Made by a program: the position numbers and the translations under genes
Assembly: GCA_041661405.1 (NCBI GenBank)
Contig: JBAZUL010000009.1
Coordinates: 464-64,463, forward strand
Direction: 5' to 3'
From: Patescibacteria group bacterium
GTDB lineage: Bacteria; Patescibacteriota; Patescibacteriia; Patescibacteriales; JBAZCA01
DNA length: 64,000 bases
The notes under the pieces: generated by a model
Database searches by the model: none
What the model was told of the DNA's origin: nothing
The model's input: only the letters and a program-made list of their open reading frames with translations
In this document: positions 33,353-41,454 of the stretch, piece by piece
How positions within the stretch are numbered: the stretch's first letter is position 1
Layout: each line of letters begins with the position of its first letter

Positions 33353-34051
33353 TTATCTTATTGTAGCATACTGAAAATGCATAGCGTCAAAACTGCCAAT
33401 CCACCTGCCGCCCCACACAAACCCAACATCTTCAAAACATTTTACTAGATCTTCACCCATCTCAAAATTCTTTTGTCCAAATTGGTTCCATTGAGCATTT
33501 AAATCTATCGCGATTCCCCACGAGTGCATTGACCAAGTATTACCACCCCGCATTAAACGTTTATTTAAGCAGCCGCCAAAGGTTTTTATTTTATCGGCTA
33601 AATTTCTGTCAATAACATTTTTAAAGGCGAGTTGGAATTTAGGAGCAACGAGTCTATGGCAAGTAAAACCAAACCAACCTTTATGAGCAAAGGAATAATT
33701 ATCTACATGACCTAATTTATCGGCAAAAGCCGATAAATTACACCTAACCATATTTTGCTCATCCCAGCCAGATAGCTGGTGATTCCCGTAAACTTCAAAA
33801 CAGCGAGCTTGCGAAGGTGGATTATCTAAAGATGGGACTTTTGGAATCTGCTCTTGAAATAATGAACTCCAAGTCTGATCTCCAACTACTCCATCAGCGT
33901 GCAGTATTTTATCAATTTGATATTTTAATACTGCCGCTTCAGTTCTTGGACCGAATACTCCGTCAACAAAGCCAATATTATATCCAATTTCTGATAATTT
34001 TTGCTGTAATTTTTCTACTAATTGACCTTGAGAATTTTTTTGTAGCATCAT
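33353..34051 (-). CDS. peptidoglycan-binding domain plus M15 (VanY/endolysin-type) zinc peptidase, no signal peptide
   Basis: The N-terminus has a PG_binding_1 pattern (LQQKLSEIGYNIGFVDGVFGPRTEAAVLKYQ...DGVVGDQTW). The C-terminus has SMHSWGIAIDL and GFVWGGRW...DAMHFQ metal-ligand motifs. Confidence 0.75.
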   Translation of the reverse strand: MMLQKNSQGQLVEKLQQKLSEIGYNIGFVDGVFGPRTEAAVLKYQIDKILHADGVVGDQTWSSLFQEQIPKVPSLDNPPSQARCFEVYGNHQLSGWDEQNMVRCNLSAFADKLGHVDNYSFAHKGWFGFTCHRLVAPKFQLAFKNVIDRNLADKIKTFGGCLNKRLMRGGNTWSMHSWGIAIDLNAQWNQFGQKNFEMGEDLVKCFEDVGFVWGGRWIGSFDAMHFQYATIR

Positions 34052-34068
34052 AAAAAATTTTTTTATAA

Positions 34069-34470
34069 TTAAATCTTTATATCAAGAGCATTTTTTAGAA
34101 TCTCCATATTTGATGATTTTAATTTATGCTCCCAAATTCTGATAATTTCCCAGCCAATTTTTTTATAATACTTATTTACTTCTTTGTCTCTTTTCTTGTT
34201 TCTTTCAATTTTCGTAATCCAGTATTTTTTATTAGTCGCTGGCAACCGGCAATGTTTTTTGCAACCGTGCCAAAAACATGAATCAAGAAAAATAACCGTT
34301 CTATACTTTTTTAATACTATATCCGGCTTGCCGAAATAATTTTTTACGTTTTTTCTGTATCTGTATCCGGCTTTCCAAAGAGCTTTTCTAAAATTTACTT
34401 CAATTTTGCTATCTTTACTTTTAACTCGGCTCATTATTTCGCTCCTTTGTTTTTTGGAAACCGTATCCAT
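34069..34470 (-). CDS. vsr: very short patch repair endonuclease
   Basis: RSEIMSRVKSKDSKIE...GKPDIVLKKYRTVIFLDSCFWHGC are canonical Vsr motifs. Confidence 0.9.
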   Translation of the reverse strand: MDTVSKKQRSEIMSRVKSKDSKIEVNFRKALWKAGYRYRKNVKNYFGKPDIVLKKYRTVIFLDSCFWHGCKKHCRLPATNKKYWITKIERNKKRDKEVNKYYKKIGWEIIRIWEHKLKSSNMEILKNALDIKI

Positions 34471-34474
34471 ATTT

Positions 34475-35533
34475 TTACCAATCGCTGATTTTTTTAAGTT
34501 TATTATATCCGCGTTTTTTAATAAATGGCAGCAATTCGGAATTAGACGGAAACTCTAGATTAAATTCCCTTTCCACGTCTTTTAATAAATTTTTACCCAA
34601 ATTATTTTTATACTTGTCGCTTAAGCAAATTTTATACCATTGATCTAAATCGTTCATAGTTATTATGCCTTGAATTTTTTCTCCCCAGCCCACTTGAGAC
34701 AATAAATTTTCTATCGCATCTTTTTCAGAGTCAATACAAACTACCACAATTCTATCGGCAGAAATTCCATTCGCGACATCTTCAATCAATTCTGGAGTTA
34801 AAGTTAAATGTTTAACCTGGATAGCCAAACCAAAATTGGCCCACATATCCAAGCCCCTATCGGCCGCGTTGGCTACGCCCGCCCTGTATAGAGCGGCTGG
34901 CAATATTATCTTAGTATTATTGGCATCAATTCCCATAACCATTTTGATAAAAGGCTGAAAATCCTTAAGTAGTTGTTCATCTTTGTTTAAAATTTCCAAC
35001 GTTATTTGCGCGCGCAAAGCTCTTACTATGGCAGAAAACAAAGCATACACTAAAATTTCATATATTTTATCAATGCTTCTTTTTAAACCGGGGTTATTTT
35101 TAAATAAACTTACTAATTTTTTTAAATCAAAGGAAGCTGCCGTTGAACCGCAAATATAATTACTGACTCCATAAACTGACGATAATCTTTCATTTAGAGC
35201 ATTATAAACATAAGCCTCCACCAATCCCCCGCGCGACTTATTGAAGCGACCCAAATCGCGAAGCAACCTAGGCGGTATCGCATTTTCATCAAAAATGTTG
35301 TCTTGAAATTTTTGGCTTGAAGTGCAAACTCTTCCTACTAAACGATTTGAGACCTCATCCCGCCATCTTTTAGAAACATTACGGTATGACTCCATGTCCG
35401 CCAAATCCCAACGTCGTTTATCGATTCTATGGTGATATAAAATTTCGGCGATTTGAATCGGTTTATATAAATGAACGCGCGATTTGCGTATTATTGCGTC
35501 GAGAGCTTTCTTTGAAATATTAATGTTAGGCAT
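34475..35533 (-). CDS. type II restriction endonuclease (HaeII-like by recollection)
   Basis: The gene lies between a C5-methyltransferase and vsr and overlaps the methyltransferase gene by 8 nt. The N-terminal SRVHLYKPIQIAEILYHHR resembles the HaeII family. Confidence 0.5.
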   Translation of the reverse strand: MPNINISKKALDAIIRKSRVHLYKPIQIAEILYHHRIDKRRWDLADMESYRNVSKRWRDEVSNRLVGRVCTSSQKFQDNIFDENAIPPRLLRDLGRFNKSRGGLVEAYVYNALNERLSSVYGVSNYICGSTAASFDLKKLVSLFKNNPGLKRSIDKIYEILVYALFSAIVRALRAQITLEILNKDEQLLKDFQPFIKMVMGIDANNTKIILPAALYRAGVANAADRGLDMWANFGLAIQVKHLTLTPELIEDVANGISADRIVVVCIDSEKDAIENLLSQVGWGEKIQGIITMNDLDQWYKICLSDKYKNNLGKNLLKDVEREFNLEFPSNSELLPFIKKRGYNKLKKISDW

Positions 35534-37301
35534 AAATTTTTTTTGATTTTATATTTAATGAATCAATTGCGCTTAATTCATTTTTCGGCGGCCGACTCAT
35601 CGCTTCTACCATGGCGCGTGCGACTGCCTGAATTTTAGGAATAACCACGCTATTTCCGGCCTGCTTTCTAGCTTGCGTATCAGGGACGACTATTTTATAA
35701 TTATCCGGGAATCCTTGCAGGCGAAACATTTCTCGCGGCGTAAGCCTCCTTTCTCCATTGACGGTTAAGTAATTATACGATCCATTCGCTCTTAGCGCGC
35801 ATGAATATGGGTGCATTCCGATGTTGCCTCCTTTATTTTCATGCCAAACAGAAGGACTTTGTGCGGGCTTTTTGCCCTGTTCTTTCAGGCGAACCTGCAG
35901 TTTTTGCTTAAAGCTATCGCTTAAATAATGTTTTTTATCAATTTTTCTATATGATTCTAAAATTTCGGCTAAAGTTTTTGTCTCCGAGCCGCTTGTCGGG
36001 AATTCAAATGGATAATTTTCTTTAAAGCCAACGATTATTATTCGCTCTCTTTTTTGAGGCACGCCAAAATCAAGACCATTTAAAACTTTATGATGCACAA
36101 AATATCCAAGATTTTTTAAGGCGTCTAAAATCACTTTAAATGTTCGCCCGCCATCATGGGAAGTAAGTTGTTTTACATTTTCCAAAAGAAAAGCTTTCGG
36201 TTGTTTGGCTTTTAGTATTCTCTCCACATCAAAAAATAAAGTTCCGCGAGTATCCGCGAACCCTCGTTTTTTGCCGATTATACTAAATGATTGGCAGGGA
36301 AAACCGCCAGTTAAAATATCATGATCAGGTATTTCATCGGCGGAAATTTTTGTTATATCGCCGTGCGGCCTTTCGCCAAAGTTAAATTCATACATCTCTT
36401 GGCACGGTTTATCAAATTCGGATGTAAAAACGCATTGACCTCCGTTACGTTCAAAGGCAATTCTAATGCCGCCGATACCCGCGAATAAATCTATAAAACG
36501 AAAAGGTTTGTTATTAGAAGATAAATTTTCACATAAATCATTTCCATAAAAATAGGTCTGTCTTGTTTCAGTTAACAGACTGAATAACGAAGCCTGCACT
36601 CCTTCCGCCGCATATTCTATGTTTGATAATTTTTTATTATTTATTTCGCTTAGCGCGCTATGCGCTCCATTCTTTGCGATAATAATAAAATCCACAACAT
36701 TCACTCCCATTAATTGACCCGCTTCAATAATTCTTTTTGCAACTTGCTTGTCCGATTCGCTTGGATTTGCATCTCCGGACGGATGATTATGAACTAAAAT
36801 TATGCCTGCCGCCCGCAACTCTAAACCTAACGCAAAAATTTCTCGCGGATGAACAATATTTTTATCAAGAGTGCCTATAAAAATTGTTTCTTTTTTAATT
36901 AAAGCGTTACGAGCGTTTAAATATAGACAAACCAAATGCTCTTGTTTTTTTTCTTTCAAGTCTGAAGCTAATTTTATCGCATCTTGCGCTGACAACACCA
37001 AATTGTCGGATGCATTTTGTCTGTCATATACTCTTTTTGCCAAAGCCAACACAGAAGTAATTTGCAGAGCTTTTGCTTGACCGATTCCAGAAATTTTCGT
37101 CAAATCGTCAACCGAAGCATTTATAAAATTATCGCCGAATCTTCTAAGTATTTTTTGCGATAAAACTTTAACATTAGTTCCTTTAATTCCGCTGCCAAGT
37201 AATATAGCTAAAAGTTCGCTATCGGTAAGCGCATCAGGCCCTTTTTCCAGAAATTTTTCTCTTGGGCGGTCAAATTTTGGAATATCTTTTAATTTTGTCA
37301 T
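35526..37301 (-). CDS. fusion protein: RadC-like JAB/MPN domain (about residues 1-225) plus DNA (cytosine-5)-methyltransferase
   Basis: The RadC part has DSELLAILLGSG, a HhH segment (ISGIGQAKA) and the JAMM motif ILVHNHPSGDANPSESD. The Dcm part has FIDLFAGIGG (motif I), GFPCQSFS (IV), ENV (VI), QKRERIIIVG (VIII) and GNSVVIP (X). Confidence 0.85.
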   Translation of the reverse strand: MTKLKDIPKFDRPREKFLEKGPDALTDSELLAILLGSGIKGTNVKVLSQKILRRFGDNFINASVDDLTKISGIGQAKALQITSVLALAKRVYDRQNASDNLVLSAQDAIKLASDLKEKKQEHLVCLYLNARNALIKKETIFIGTLDKNIVHPREIFALGLELRAAGIILVHNHPSGDANPSESDKQVAKRIIEAGQLMGVNVVDFIIIAKNGAHSALSEINNKKLSNIEYAAEGVQASLFSLLTETRQTYFYGNDLCENLSSNNKPFRFIDLFAGIGGIRIAFERNGGQCVFTSEFDKPCQEMYEFNFGERPHGDITKISADEIPDHDILTGGFPCQSFSIIGKKRGFADTRGTLFFDVERILKAKQPKAFLLENVKQLTSHDGGRTFKVILDALKNLGYFVHHKVLNGLDFGVPQKRERIIIVGFKENYPFEFPTSGSETKTLAEILESYRKIDKKHYLSDSFKQKLQVRLKEQGKKPAQSPSVWHENKGGNIGMHPYSCALRANGSYNYLTVNGERRLTPREMFRLQGFPDNYKIVVPDTQARKQAGNSVVIPKIQAVARAMVEAMSRPPKNELSAIDSLNIKSKKIYA

Positions 37302-37303
37302 AT

Positions 37304-37511
37304 TTATTTTATCAACTCGTCAACGCCGGTATTTAAACTAGACGCGATTTTTTGAACCGTCTGAATGCTCGGTTTGGTAATAACATCCGATTCTATCTTG
37401 GCGATAGCGCTATAAGGCATTTTAGCAGTTTTAGCTAAAGCGTCTTGGGTCAAATTTTTTTTTCGCTCTCCACTTCTTTATTTTTTCCCCGATTGTTTTC
37501 TTTTCTTCCAT
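37304..37511 (-). pseudogene. XRE-family HTH (R-M controller-like) gene interrupted by a +1 frameshift in an A9 tract
   Basis: MEEKKTIGEKIKKWRAKK is followed by the A9 run (37455-37463). Continuing in the +1 frame gives LTQDALAKTAKMPYSAIAKIESDVITKPSIQTVQKIASSLNTGVDELIK*. The stop lies 2 nt before the methyltransferase ATG. Confidence 0.65.
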
Positions 37512-37513
37512 AG

Positions 37514-37534
37514 CATCTTAGTATATATAAGATG
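37514..37534. promoter_or_regulatory. C-box-like palindrome overlapping the -10 of the HTH gene
   Basis: CATCTTA-gtatata-TAAGATG has 7-bp arms. On the minus strand TATACT is followed by 8 nt and then the ATG. Confidence 0.5.
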
Positions 37535-37693
37535 GCTGATAGCCTACCTCTCATAACAAAAGTATACCATTTCTGCGGCCCCAAATCAACAAAAAATCGG
37601 CCTGAAGAAATAAATCAAAGAGATTAGGACTTAAGTTAAATTAGGAGCAAAATGCCAAAAATAACTTCAAACCGCCGATTATTATCTAACATG

Positions 37694-37717
37694 AAAAAAC
37701 AGGCTCATTTGAGCCTG
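37694..37717 (-). terminator. rho-independent terminator after tRNA-Gln
   Basis: Stem CAGGCTC/GAGCCTG with a 4-nt loop is followed by T6 on the minus strand, 17 nt past the tRNA 3' end. Confidence 0.75.
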
Positions 37718-37730
37718 CTCATTCCTGTAA

Positions 37731-37752
37731 TTTGCTCGGGGGCTTGGATTCG
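37731..37752. repeat. proximal att-like repeat (tRNA-Gln 3' end plus 4 nt)
   Basis: It is identical to 32143-32164. Confidence 0.85.
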
Positions 37753-37805
37753 AACCAAAATTCTCAGGTTCAGAGCCTGATGTCCTGCCGTTAGACGACC
37801 CCCGA
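37735..37805 (-). tRNA. tRNA-Gln (anticodon CTG)
   Basis: A hand-folded 71-nt cloverleaf has acceptor TCGGGGG/CCCCCGA, anticodon stem TCAGG/CCTGA with loop CTCTGAA, and T arm TTTGG-TTCGAAT-CCAAG. Confidence 0.85.
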
Positions 37806-37874
37806 ATATGTATACTCAATTACTATAATAATTCCGTATAATACCCCGAAGCATAAAGCGAAGGGGTATAAAAT

Positions 37875-38696
37875 TTATTTCTCCGCGTATTCTTTTATCC
37901 TTTTCCTGATCTCCGGCATGGCCGCTTCGGCCGCTGTTTCTCCCGCCCGGATAAACCGTTCAATATCATGGAAACGGAATGCGTTAACCGCGCCGGAAAT
38001 TTTCGGCCGGATGATAATCGCGCCGTTTTCCGCCCGTCCGTAGCAATACATCGCCCCCTGATTGCGAATTATTTCGTAAGACAGGAGCAAGGTCGTAATT
38101 AGGGAAGGATTTTCAATCTTATCAACGCTTCGTTTTATTAAGTCAACTCCGATAACGATATCGGCTCCCATTTTTTCCGCTTTTTCCGTCGGGGTCGGGT
38201 TAATTATCCCGCCGTCAACCAGGTATGAATCGCCGTATTTTACCGGCGGAAAAATTCCCGGCACGCTGATTGATGCCCGGATCGCTTTAGCGATATTGCC
38301 GGACTTTATAATTATTTCCTTTCCGTTCCCAAGGTCAGCCGCGAGAATTTCAAAAGGAATTTTCAGGTCTTTGAAATCAGCCTCGCCGAACATTTTCTCA
38401 ATATATTTCTGGACTTTTTTTCCGCGCAGAACTGAATGCCGGAATGTTGAAAGGTCAACGAGCCGGCTTAGAGCTTTTCTCTTATTAAAACTCAAAGCTT
38501 CCCGCTCCAGTTCGGAAAGGTTGCGGCCGAGAGCGAAATAAGCGCCGATAAGCGAACCAATGCTTACGCCGACCCCCATGTCAATCTCTATCCCTTCCCG
38601 GAGAAGAACTTTTAACACTCCGAGATGAGCCAGCCCGCGCGCCCCTCCGCACCCGAGCGCGATTCCGATCTTTGGTCTTTTTTCAGTCATAATCAT
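37875..38696 (-). CDS. patatin-like phospholipase
   Basis: The motifs are GCGGARGLAHLGVL (oxyanion), GVSIGS (the GxSxG nucleophile) and DGG (catalytic Asp). The start overlaps the dnaX stop (ATGA). Confidence 0.88.
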   Translation of the reverse strand: MIMTEKRPKIGIALGCGGARGLAHLGVLKVLLREGIEIDMGVGVSIGSLIGAYFALGRNLSELEREALSFNKRKALSRLVDLSTFRHSVLRGKKVQKYIEKMFGEADFKDLKIPFEILAADLGNGKEIIIKSGNIAKAIRASISVPGIFPPVKYGDSYLVDGGIINPTPTEKAEKMGADIVIGVDLIKRSVDKIENPSLITTLLLSYEIIRNQGAMYCYGRAENGAIIIRPKISGAVNAFRFHDIERFIRAGETAAEAAMPEIRKRIKEYAEK

Positions 38697-40483
38697 CCGA
38701 CGATCCGTCCGCCAAAGGTTTTTAAAAGGTTGGACATTATATCCCCGCCCTCGGCGCCGGAAAGTTTTTCCGGAGCGTCTTTGGTTTTATTCCCTTCCGG
38801 CTGGTTCGCGTCTTCTTTTTTTACCTGCTGTCCGCCCGACTGAACCGGAGCGTCCGGATCACCCTGAATTATTTCCAGGGCGGCGTCAACCACGGTTCCT
38901 ACTTTTAAGGGTATATTATACACTTCTTTTAAAGTTTTTTCAACTATGGCCTTAATGCTCGGATTGTCAATCCGGTCTTTATGGAATTTATACTTAAAAG
39001 CGAGGCAGACTGACCCGTCCCGGCTTTCGCGCGGCTGGCAGACCCGGAGAATGAATGAAAGCGAGTGGTTGTGCTTTTTGATTTTCGCGAGCACCTCATT
39101 CCACTTTGAAAGCAATTCTTCGGCGCCCAGCCGCGCGCCGATATTTGCCGCGCCTGCTTTTGAATCCAGCGATTTTTCGGCGGCAATCTTATTTTCCGTT
39201 TTAGCATCCGATATAACCTTATTTACCTCGTTGCCCGGACGTTCTTTTCCCAGAGCATTATCCCTCGCGCCATAGCTGTTAAGGCTTTCCGAGACCCGGC
39301 CTGGCTCGCTTTTATCCGCTCTCCGGCCTGCCGCTTCCGGTCTTGGGGCGGACATGCCCTGCCGCTCGCAGATCCGGACTATTGCCAGTTCTAGGGGAAG
39401 CTGGGTAATAAATGAATTTCTGGTTTCATTTCTGGCTTTAACTAGCTCCTCAATCATAAAAGCGATACGCTCCGTGTCAAGACTGCCAGCCGCTCCCCTA
39501 AGTTCAATTTCCAGCTGATCCCCGAGTTCCCGGCCGAAGTTTTCAGCCAGTCCCGGATTAACCTTGCTTAAAAGCGACTTCCTTAATATTTCAACGGCGT
39601 TAGTGGCAAAATTTTTAAGGTCAACGCCCTCATCAGCTAAATTATTAACAAGCCGGATAGCGCCGCCCGCGTCTTTTCTGGAAAGAAAGCCTATAAGGTT
39701 TATAGTTTCCCCGAGATTGCTTCTCGGAATGACCAGACTAGCCTCTTCGTCGGTAATTTCCTTAACATTTTTTCCGGTTTCGCCCGAAGATTCGCCGGCA
39801 ATGGCGACGAGCTGGCCTAAAAGGCTCTCGGCATCACGCATGTGGCCTTCGGAGCGGCGGGCGATTTCTTCAAGAATACCGACGGAAATCCTGACGCCTT
39901 CTTCCCCGGCAATCCGTTGGAGTTTTTTTACGATTTCAGCGACCCCGATTTTTTTAAAGTCAAAGCGCTGACAGCGGGAAATAATCGTGGCCGGGACTTT
40001 ATGAATTTCAGTGGTGCAAAAAATAAACATAACAAATCCGGCCGGCTCTTCAATGGTTTTTAAAAGCGCGTTAAACGCCGATGGCGAAAGCATGTGCACT
40101 TCGTCAATTATAAAAACTTTATATTTCAACCGGGACGGCGCGACTCTGGCCGACTGGATAACATTCTCCCGGACGTTGTCAACGCCCGTATGGCTGGCCG
40201 CGTCAATTTCAATTATGTCCATACTCCGGCCCTCTTTTATTTCCAGGCAGGCTTTGCAGCTGTCGCAAGGTTCGTACTTGCCTTTAGCGAGCGTCTCGCA
40301 ATTTATGGCTTTAGCAAACACGCGGGCCAGCGTAGTCTTGCCGATTCCTCTCGGGCCGCAAAAAAGATAAGCGTGGGCGATTTTCCCCGCCGCGATTTCC
40401 TGCTGAAGAGTATTTTTAACGTGATTTTGGTTAACAACCTCGCTAAACGTCTGAGGCCTGTGTTTTCTGTATAATGTCGCCAT
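38693..40483 (-). CDS. dnaX: DNA polymerase III subunit gamma/tau
   Basis: YRKHRPQTFSEVVNQ, the Walker A site GPRGIGKTT, a zinc module (CxxC..CxxC), DEVHML and SRCQRF are all present. Confidence 0.93.
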   Translation of the reverse strand: MATLYRKHRPQTFSEVVNQNHVKNTLQQEIAAGKIAHAYLFCGPRGIGKTTLARVFAKAINCETLAKGKYEPCDSCKACLEIKEGRSMDIIEIDAASHTGVDNVRENVIQSARVAPSRLKYKVFIIDEVHMLSPSAFNALLKTIEEPAGFVMFIFCTTEIHKVPATIISRCQRFDFKKIGVAEIVKKLQRIAGEEGVRISVGILEEIARRSEGHMRDAESLLGQLVAIAGESSGETGKNVKEITDEEASLVIPRSNLGETINLIGFLSRKDAGGAIRLVNNLADEGVDLKNFATNAVEILRKSLLSKVNPGLAENFGRELGDQLEIELRGAAGSLDTERIAFMIEELVKARNETRNSFITQLPLELAIVRICERQGMSAPRPEAAGRRADKSEPGRVSESLNSYGARDNALGKERPGNEVNKVISDAKTENKIAAEKSLDSKAGAANIGARLGAEELLSKWNEVLAKIKKHNHSLSFILRVCQPRESRDGSVCLAFKYKFHKDRIDNPSIKAIVEKTLKEVYNIPLKVGTVVDAALEIIQGDPDAPVQSGGQQVKKEDANQPEGNKTKDAPEKLSGAEGGDIMSNLLKTFGGRIVG

Positions 40484-40499
40484 GATAAAAATGTAAAAT

Positions 40500-41330
40500 T
40501 TAATTTTTCCTCACGATATTCTCAACCGCCGCCCAGGCGCTTTCCCCGTATTTAGGGACTAAAATTATTGTCTCATCGCCCGGTTCGCCGCGGAAATAAG
40601 TAACGCTCGCCGAAAGGATCCGCCAGCGTTTTTCATCCAGCCGGACATAATGTATCCCCGAGTCATCCCTTTCCAGCCGGCCGATAACCCGGCCGCGCTC
40701 AACTGGCCCGATCTGCTTATAAAGAAAAGCTCCGCCCAGAGCGATAGTAAGCTTCATCATATCGCCTTCCACCAGTTTTGATTTTGAAGCGTAATTGGCC
40801 GGGACGCTGTAAGACTTGCCGTCCGGACCGATCATCCGCTCCCCGTCAAAAACGCCCTCAATTATTTTTTCCCCGCCGGCTTCGGCGGTTTTGCGGCCGG
40901 AGCTTAAATTCTCGTCCGCGAGCTGGCCGATGCTGATCCGCGCCTCATCTTCGCCGGAAAAAAGCGGCAAAATAAGCCGGTTTAGTTCATCGGCATTCTC
41001 TTTAACGTTTGAAATCAGTTTTTTTATGAGAAGAAATTTAGTTTTGGAAAGGGTGACGGATTCTTCCTTGCCGGCTTCCGGCGGCCGGGCAATAACCGAA
41101 CTTTCTTTTTGCTCCGGTTTTTTACTGTCATCCCCGGCGTGAATACCGCCGCTCGCGAAGTCCCGCTTTTCTCCCCGATCTTCCTGAGCGGCGTCGGGGG
41201 CGGGAGGCTTGCAGGTTTGGCCGGGAAACAACTGAAACTCGTCGTCCCGCGGTTCTGCCGATCCGAACGGAAGAGCGCTTTTTAAATCCATATCCAAATC
41301 GTCGCTTACGATGTTTTGGTCGTCTGGCAT
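40500..41330 (-). CDS. hypothetical protein (acidic disordered N-terminal half, conserved-looking C-terminal beta-rich domain)
   Basis: This 276-aa ORF lies in an operon between the ATPase and dnaX. I recognise no family. Confidence 0.5.
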   Translation of the reverse strand: MPDDQNIVSDDLDMDLKSALPFGSAEPRDDEFQLFPGQTCKPPAPDAAQEDRGEKRDFASGGIHAGDDSKKPEQKESSVIARPPEAGKEESVTLSKTKFLLIKKLISNVKENADELNRLILPLFSGEDEARISIGQLADENLSSGRKTAEAGGEKIIEGVFDGERMIGPDGKSYSVPANYASKSKLVEGDMMKLTIALGGAFLYKQIGPVERGRVIGRLERDDSGIHYVRLDEKRWRILSASVTYFRGEPGDETIILVPKYGESAWAAVENIVRKN

Positions 41331-41454
41331 ATTTTTGTTTTAAGGAATTATTTTTTATTTTCCGATTCAGCGCAAGACTGCTTTCGCGGCGTTTTTTAAC
41401 TATATATGAATTTTTTTCTTTTTACAAGGCGCGAAAAAAGCGTGTAAAATAGCC

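Larger units (their letters stand above)
32129..37752. mobile_element. low-GC genomic island at the 3' end of tRNA-Gln, bounded by imperfect 36-nt direct repeats; no recombinase gene
   Basis: An exact 22-nt repeat tttgctcgggggcttggattcg occurs at 32143-32164 and 37731-37752, where it covers the last 18 nt of the tRNA. Six same-strand genes lie inside. Composition is AT-rich relative to the flanks. Confidence 0.7.

Noticed and set aside
37652-37780. Plus-strand ORF of about 42 codons with a good SD (TTAGGAGCAAAATG) reading into tRNA-Gln
   Set aside because: It runs antisense through the tRNA terminator and the tRNA gene itself and has no recognisable domain. It could be the remnant 5' end of a lost island gene such as an integrase, but I cannot support that from sequence.
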